Shown here piece after piece: positions 58,428 to 64,000 of a stretch of DNA of 64,000 nt. Each line of letters starts with the position of its first letter. Positions within the stretch are counted from its first letter, which is position 1. This stretch comes from Nitrososphaeria archaeon (GTDB lineage: Archaea > Thermoproteota > Nitrososphaeria > JACIWG01): contig JBEKIG010000004.1 of NCBI GenBank assembly GCA_050011875.1, positions 1 through 64,000 of the forward strand, read 5' to 3'. The position numbers and the translations under genes were made by a program. The notes beneath the pieces are model-generated. The model was not told the origin of the DNA. It did no database searches and saw nothing but the letters and a program-made list of their open reading frames with translations.

Positions 58428-60581
58428 GATGATGACATCACGAACAAAATCAGAGCACGGCCACGGATCTACGATTTTTTCACTCTCGATGGCGTGCAGC
58501 GGCTTACCGGGTGCACACCAGAAAAATTCCTCTTGTTCATGTCAAAGGAATTAACCGATAACGCCCTCGATAAACGGAATGTAAAGAATGTCAAGGTCGA
58601 GATCGTTGAAGAAGGCAAAATATTGATTCTGTCAGTATCTGATGACGGAAAACCAACGTTTGATAGTGAATCTCTGACTAAGATCCTAGACTTTGAGAAA
58701 GCGCCCTCCGAGAAAAGAGGAAAAAAGTGTGTAAAAAGAGGAGTACTTGGGAACGCACTACAAAGTTGCTTCGGGATTTCTTATGCAACATTCAACGCAG
58801 ACAACAGACCTGAATACACTGCAGAGGTATGGGGAACCAAAAAATTTTTCATAAAGTTGGATCCCAGTAAGACATCATTTCAAGAAGAACCACGGGAAAA
58901 CGATGGCTTTACAGTCATTCGATTCAAACTACCAACTGGCAATTATGTTTCACCTTTTAGAATTTTAAGAACTATCGCCCTGCTTAACCTCTATGTCACT
59001 ATCTCTTACAAGGATAAAGAATTAGAACACACTTCCGCAGCTTTGGAATGTATCAAACCTCCCATACAAAACGAAGTTGATATACATTGCTATAGTTATG
59101 CAGAATTTAGCGACTTTGTCGATGAGATACAGCATAGTACAGTGGAGCAGTGTGTGACGATCTTCAAAGGCCTAAAGAACCGTTTCTACGCAAAAAAGGT
59201 CCTCGAGGATGCAGGTATTAAGCCTGGAACGAGGCTTTCAGATCTTAGCTCTAAAGAACGTCAATGCCTTTTCAGTACGATAAAAAAGGCTGCGAAGACC
59301 CTAAAAGCCATCCAACTACCTGTAGTCGGCAAAGATTCATTCGAGCAGCATGGTATTGTGAACTACTTTGTAAAGCGTGGTACATTGAGCGATAAAGAGG
59401 GGAGAATCGTGCCCTATGTTGTCGAGGCCGCCTCCTTCGAAGACAAGGATGAAGAGATTTTTGAGACAGTAAACTTCACGACATCGATACATCATCCCTT
59501 CACCATGTACGTTTTCACTGAAGGAGAAAAAAGAGTAAAATTTAGTGATCTCACGAAGGACAAAGGGCTAAACGTGCTTATCCACCTAGTGTGTCCAGCG
59601 ATCACATGGCTCAGCGCAAGCAAGGGCGAAATGGATATTCACCCCTTTCAGGATGCGATATTTTCAGCAATCAGACATGTCTGCAGGCAGAACAAGATGA
59701 CAGGATTTGATTCAGAAACTTTGATTTCACTTACCAACAATGTTATGAGTTCCTACCCGACATTTAACTTTACGCTCAGGCAGGTCTTCTACCTTCTGGT
59801 GTCTCATCACGGTTACCCTAACGAGAAACAAGCCTACAACAAGCTAGGTAAAGCTCTTGTCAAGGCAAGACAAGAAGGGACAGTAGATGCGGATAGAATT
59901 CTGGACTTGAGCAGGCCAGAGTACATAAATAACAGCTCGTATCAATCGTTCCTAGAGCGGGCCCGATCAGACTTCAAGACACTGATTAACGACTTTGATT
60001 TAGATAAATGGAGTCTACAACCGATATACTGTGAAACATGGATAGAAAAGGAGGCCCTCTCCAGAGTCATTGCACCGGTCTGCAAGAAATATAGTGTAAA
60101 CGAAATTGTTGGACGTGGCTATTCATCCTACACACAAATTCGAAGAGCTGTCAAAAGACTTCCAGAGGATAAGAAGGTAATCATACTCTATATTGGCGAC
60201 TTTGACCCGCCTGGACTTCACATAGAAGAGAAGCTAAAAGAAAGGCTCCTTGATGAAGCAAGTAGAAGAGGTAAACACTTACAACTGGATGTGAGGAGGG
60301 TCGCCTTAACCTATGAGCAGATTCAACAGTATCACCTTCCTGCCTCTCCCTTGAAAAAGTCAGGCCAAAAGCGTCAAGAATACCTAGAAAAATATGGAAG
60401 TGACGTATGGGAGGTTGATGCCTTAAGTCCTGAAGTCCTTATAAAAACTTTAGAGGAAGAAATTAGAAGTTTAATCGATTGGGAGATCTGGAACAAAAAA
60501 GAGGAAGAGGTCGAATACTTTAGGGGACTACTAAGAGAAGGCTTGGGACGATTTCTAGACGAACTGAACGCTTTCGAATGA
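58401..60581 (+). CDS. Fused type IIB topoisomerase (TopoVI B+A; Topo VIII-like)
   Basis: GHKL KELTDNALD, SDDG, RGVLGNAL; WHD TLRQVFY; TOPRIM WIEKEAL, GRGYSS, GDFDPPG. Confidence 0.88.
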   Translation: MTAGNDFEHDDDITNKIRARPRIYDFFTLDGVQRLTGCTPEKFLLFMSKELTDNALDKRNVKNVKVEIVEEGKILILSVSDDGKPTFDSESLTKILDFEKAPSEKRGKKCVKRGVLGNALQSCFGISYATFNADNRPEYTAEVWGTKKFFIKLDPSKTSFQEEPRENDGFTVIRFKLPTGNYVSPFRILRTIALLNLYVTISYKDKELEHTSAALECIKPPIQNEVDIHCYSYAEFSDFVDEIQHSTVEQCVTIFKGLKNRFYAKKVLEDAGIKPGTRLSDLSSKERQCLFSTIKKAAKTLKAIQLPVVGKDSFEQHGIVNYFVKRGTLSDKEGRIVPYVVEAASFEDKDEEIFETVNFTTSIHHPFTMYVFTEGEKRVKFSDLTKDKGLNVLIHLVCPAITWLSASKGEMDIHPFQDAIFSAIRHVCRQNKMTGFDSETLISLTNNVMSSYPTFNFTLRQVFYLLVSHHGYPNEKQAYNKLGKALVKARQEGTVDADRILDLSRPEYINNSSYQSFLERARSDFKTLINDFDLDKWSLQPIYCETWIEKEALSRVIAPVCKKYSVNEIVGRGYSSYTQIRRAVKRLPEDKKVIILYIGDFDPPGLHIEEKLKERLLDEASRRGKHLQLDVRRVALTYEQIQQYHLPASPLKKSGQKRQEYLEKYGSDVWEVDALSPEVLIKTLEEEIRSLIDWEIWNKKEEEVEYFRGLLREGLGRFLDELNAFE

Positions 60582-60810
60582 TGAGGCTTCTGGCAGATGC
60601 TCGTACATTCTCGTTACGATTTCATATGATGCATTGATTAAATTTTGCCATAATACCTAAAGGTCATATAGTTGGGTCGATCAGGTGGCCACCCTTTTTT
60701 GTTCAACGACAAGTTTAGAGAACACCCTATTTCATAATTATATCAGTTTGGAAAATCGTGTCCCTTAATCACACAGAATCTTAAAATTATACGCAATATG
60801 ATCGCTTTGA

Positions 60811-61659
60811 TTAGGCAGAAGCTGTAACTTCCAAGTCCAGAACTACTTGAACAATTCTGGGTCCGACCTCTCTCACGACTTTTCCTCGAGTTGATGAAAT
60901 CTTGAAGTTATGAGGTAAAACCAGTTCCGGTAAAACTTCGTTAATCGTTTCATCTATCGGTGCTGATTTAACGTGTAGATATAAGTGAATGACACCACCT
61001 TCCTCCCTCAACGCCTTAACAGCGTACGGAAAATATTCTATGGATCTCTCAGGATATGGCATTATAACGCGATTGGCGAAACCTGCGAGCCTGTAACTTA
61101 TTATTCGAGCTGCATCGCCCAAGAAGGCTATTATGCGGTCATCCACCTTATTTACGAAAGCGTTTTTCAATATCATTTCATACGCGTCAGGGTTAAGGTC
61201 AATTACATAATTTGTCGATGTCTTACGTTTTTTTGCGATCAAGATGGAAAACGTGCCGACACCCGCGAACATGTTGACAACAACCTCATTCTCGCCAACG
61301 AGGTTTGCGATCCTCAACCGTTCCGCAGACAACCTCGGTGAAAAATAGGTTTTACCTATGTCTACATAGAATCTGCAACCGCTTTCCTTACATTCTGTGG
61401 AAGTCCGATTTTCCCCAGCTAGATATTCTAAGCCCATCAGCCTATACTCTCCAGAAACAGGTGAAGCCTGTCTGAAAACACATTTTACACTTTTAACGTT
61501 CTCCAGTAAGGTTTCCGCGATCAGGCTCTTCTTTGGCAAAAGTGTGTCCGGGATCTTTATAACCGCAATATCTCCAATAACGTCAAATCCTGAAATTATG
61601 TCGTCAAGCTCTTCAGGCGAGAGTTTCTCTGAAAGTAATTCTTTTACAAGACGCCCCAA
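60811..61659 (-). CDS. trm5: Trm5/Taw2-family SAM-dependent tRNA-modifying enzyme
   Basis: FDVIGDIA, YFSPRLSAER, NMFAGVG, DLNPDA. Confidence 0.88.
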   Translation of the reverse strand: MGRLVKELLSEKLSPEELDDIISGFDVIGDIAVIKIPDTLLPKKSLIAETLLENVKSVKCVFRQASPVSGEYRLMGLEYLAGENRTSTECKESGCRFYVDIGKTYFSPRLSAERLRIANLVGENEVVVNMFAGVGTFSILIAKKRKTSTNYVIDLNPDAYEMILKNAFVNKVDDRIIAFLGDAARIISYRLAGFANRVIMPYPERSIEYFPYAVKALREEGGVIHLYLHVKSAPIDETINEVLPELVLPHNFKISSTRGKVVREVGPRIVQVVLDLEVTASA

Positions 61660-61729
61660 TTATTATAGCACTTTGTCCCGTGGAAGTGCACATGATATCA
61701 ATTTATTAAAAGTTTTTCATTTAAGAAAG

Positions 61730-63538
61730 CTATTCTTCTTCCGTCGACCTAGCGATATAATAGTATCTGCCTTCTTCTTTCTGTATCCTATCAAGCTTGC
61801 TCTTAGGTTTGTTTATCCTTGGTCTCCCGGTTGTCCAGTCCCTCCTGTAAGTGATCCCCAACTGTTTCAGAAATTCATTCATGCCATCATCCTTCATCAG
61901 CGGAGCTTCGACGTAACCGAGAAAAGACGGGGTTCCTTTGAATATCATAAGTCTATCAGAGACTATGTCGATTAGCTGTATGTCGTGGTCGACAACGATA
62001 GCCGACTTGTTTCTAGAGCGAATATATCTTTGGATGATCTTAGCGAGTTCAACCCTATCCTCGGCGTCTATGAAGGCCGAGGGCTCATCAAGTGCATATA
62101 TTTCTGCATTCTGTAACAGCGTCGCAGCAACCGCTGTCTTTTGAAGCTCTCCTCCACTCAATTTTAAGACTTCTTTCTCAAACAACTTATCTACGTTAAG
62201 TGGGACGATAACTTCATTGAACTCTGAGATTGATGTCACATCCTTACCTGCAACACTATCCAGCATTTCTTTCACATACTGGAATTCTCCTGACGCCAGA
62301 AGGTACTGAGGCTTATACGATATTTTTGAAGTGATCGATACTTCCCCTGAGTCAGGTTTTTCAACACCCGCTATCATCTTGATAAATGTTGTTTTACCTA
62401 GAGCGTTCGCACCGACTACACCGATTACTTCTCCTAACCTAAGTTTACCGCCGAGGACTTTTAGATTGAATTTATCATATCGCTTTTCAAGATTAGTGTA
62501 TTCTGCTATAGCGACAGATTCTATCATCTCAGGCTTGGGGGTGTAGATGTCAAAAACGATCCTTTTATCCCTAAAACGAATATTTTCTTCAGGAATGTAG
62601 CCGTCTAGGAAAGCGTTTATGCCCGCCTTTGTAGAAATCACATGAGAGACTACACCATAGACCCCAGGCTCCCCGTAAAGCAGGTGGATATGATCGCTGA
62701 GGTAGTCAAGAATCGTGAGGTCGTGTTCGACTACGAAAACACATTTTCCGTTTTTTGCAAGATTCATTATTACATTGGAAACTGCGAGCCTTTGATAGAC
62801 ATCGTTATAGGAAGATGGTTCATCAAAGAAGTATATGTCCGCATCCTTTGCCGCTGAAACAGCGATCGAAAGCCTCTGGAGTTCACCGCCGCTAAGTTGT
62901 GAGACGCTCTTAGTTATAGATTCACGCAGGTTAAGTTGCGATATCAAATCGTCTGATGCACCCCGATGGTCCATCATTTTTAAAAGGGACAACCCGTCTC
63001 CTGACCAAACTTTAACAAGATTGTAGACCGCTTGAGGTTTCACACTAACCTTTAGTTGGTTGTTAACTATCTTTTCAAAATGATCTTTCAAAGCTGTTCC
63101 CTTGAAATAGGTTAGAACATCTTCCCACGTAGGTTCAGGTACCCTGCCAAGGTTAGGTTTGAGCAGCCCTGACATAATGTTGATTACGGTTGACTTACCG
63201 ACGCCATTTCTCCCTAGAAGGCCTACCACAGAATTGGGCTTAGGTGAAGGTAGACGGTAAAGTCTATAACTATTCGGACCATATTGGTGCATCTTTTCAC
63301 CTGCCAGTTCTTCGGCAAGATTAACTATCGAAATAGCTTCGAATGGACAACGCTTTGGGCAGATACCGCACCCTGTACAAAGAATTTCGCTGATAAGTGG
63401 AAAATCGTCTTCGCCTTTCTTAACAGTTTCCTTCTTCATCTTGTTAATGGGACATACGTTTATGCAGATGTAGGGACACTTTTTAGGATTGCAGAGTTCC
63501 CGATCTATCACCGCTATTCTATGAACCACAACTTTCAC
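61730..63538 (-). CDS. rli: ABCE1/RLI ribosome recycling ATPase
   Basis: Fe-S clusters CINVCP and CTGCGICPKRCPF; two ABC domains with LSGGELQ; RPRINK. Confidence 0.97.
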   Translation of the reverse strand: MKVVVHRIAVIDRELCNPKKCPYICINVCPINKMKKETVKKGEDDFPLISEILCTGCGICPKRCPFEAISIVNLAEELAGEKMHQYGPNSYRLYRLPSPKPNSVVGLLGRNGVGKSTVINIMSGLLKPNLGRVPEPTWEDVLTYFKGTALKDHFEKIVNNQLKVSVKPQAVYNLVKVWSGDGLSLLKMMDHRGASDDLISQLNLRESITKSVSQLSGGELQRLSIAVSAAKDADIYFFDEPSSYNDVYQRLAVSNVIMNLAKNGKCVFVVEHDLTILDYLSDHIHLLYGEPGVYGVVSHVISTKAGINAFLDGYIPEENIRFRDKRIVFDIYTPKPEMIESVAIAEYTNLEKRYDKFNLKVLGGKLRLGEVIGVVGANALGKTTFIKMIAGVEKPDSGEVSITSKISYKPQYLLASGEFQYVKEMLDSVAGKDVTSISEFNEVIVPLNVDKLFEKEVLKLSGGELQKTAVAATLLQNAEIYALDEPSAFIDAEDRVELAKIIQRYIRSRNKSAIVVDHDIQLIDIVSDRLMIFKGTPSFLGYVEAPLMKDDGMNEFLKQLGITYRRDWTTGRPRINKPKSKLDRIQKEEGRYYYIARSTEEE

Positions 63539-63541
63539 CCA

Positions 63542-63988
63542 TCATTCTTCCTTTAAACGACCTGGAATCGGGCAGTATTCGCACACTCTGCCTTCGCGAT
63601 AAATATTCATTTCTTCTGCACTATAAACCTTCTTTAAAGTGTTCCAGACCTCCTTTTCTGATGCATTCGAATTCAGATGGACGAGCTCGTGGTCTATGAT
63701 GAGCTTATTGAAATCACATCTGAAGCATTTCTTCTTTATGAAGATCAGCCCGAAAAAATAGCTGTTAACAAGAAGGACGAATCCTATCGAGCCTATAGAG
63801 AAGGTGAATAAAATATAGGAGAGTATTAGCAAAAGTATTAGCGGTAATTCATCAATGTTTAACAAGAGGGTTATGAATACTGCGCTTAAACCTATCCAGA
63901 GGGCAATAAATATGGCACCGAGCAGACCCATGAAATTGTTTCTGTTAAAAGAAAACGCTAGGTTGCGTTTCGTGAGAGAAAGTATCAA
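63542..63988 (-). CDS. Membrane protein with HExxH and Cys pairs (5' end possibly outside the window)
   Basis: TM helices, CFRC, DHELVH, CEYCP. Confidence 0.6.
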   Translation of the reverse strand: MILSLTKRNLAFSFNRNNFMGLLGAIFIALWIGLSAVFITLLLNIDELPLILLLILSYILFTFSIGSIGFVLLVNSYFFGLIFIKKKCFRCDFNKLIIDHELVHLNSNASEKEVWNTLKKVYSAEEMNIYREGRVCEYCPIPGRLKEE

Positions 63989-64000
63989 GAGTTGAGGGAG

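Noticed and set aside
60597-60652. Possible fifth degenerate dyad site closing the topoisomerase cassette
   Set aside because: Arms, centre and spacing all deviate; not distinguishable from chance
60753-60762. 10-bp reverse-complement match to the TnpB-2 guide (GACACGATTT)
   Set aside because: Too short to be significant in 64 kb, and the TAM is unknown

Overview
Archaeal chromosome segment, probably from a deep-branching TACK/Nitrososphaeria-like lineage (inferred from gene content and order). It has four parts. (1) 0.3-10.2 kb is an accessory zone: a frameshifted tnpB-only element, an IS605 (tnpA+tnpB) element, two paralogous low-complexity non-coding modules, orphan genes, and an MCM paralog with every ATPase motif destroyed. 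(2) 10.3-40.7 kb is mostly core minus-strand translation/transcription clusters (rps27ae through rpl7ae, gltX, idsA-fni-ipk-mvk, rps2-eno-rpoN-rps9-rpl13-rpl18e-rpoD-rps11-rps4-rps13), plus ECF/CDF transport, ThiR and a radical SAM gene. rps13 apparently starts at ACG. (3) 40.9-60.8 kb is a mosaic island around an atypical tRNA-Arg(TCT). It ends in about 2.7 kb of repeat-dense, almost non-coding DNA and a fused type IIB (Topo VIII-like) topoisomerase. (4) trm5 and ABCE1 close the window. The most striking unexplained structure is a set of four co-oriented 51-52-bp dyad-symmetric sites (ATGTTCAAAA-N12-GTCATGAC-N12-TTTTGAACAT). Each carries an RBS-like motif and an ATG at its centre, and the last one supplies the start codon of the topoisomerase. 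This is a candidate recombination-site cassette array, but no recombinase is encoded in the window. All calls are by manual motif reading; no database searches were run.
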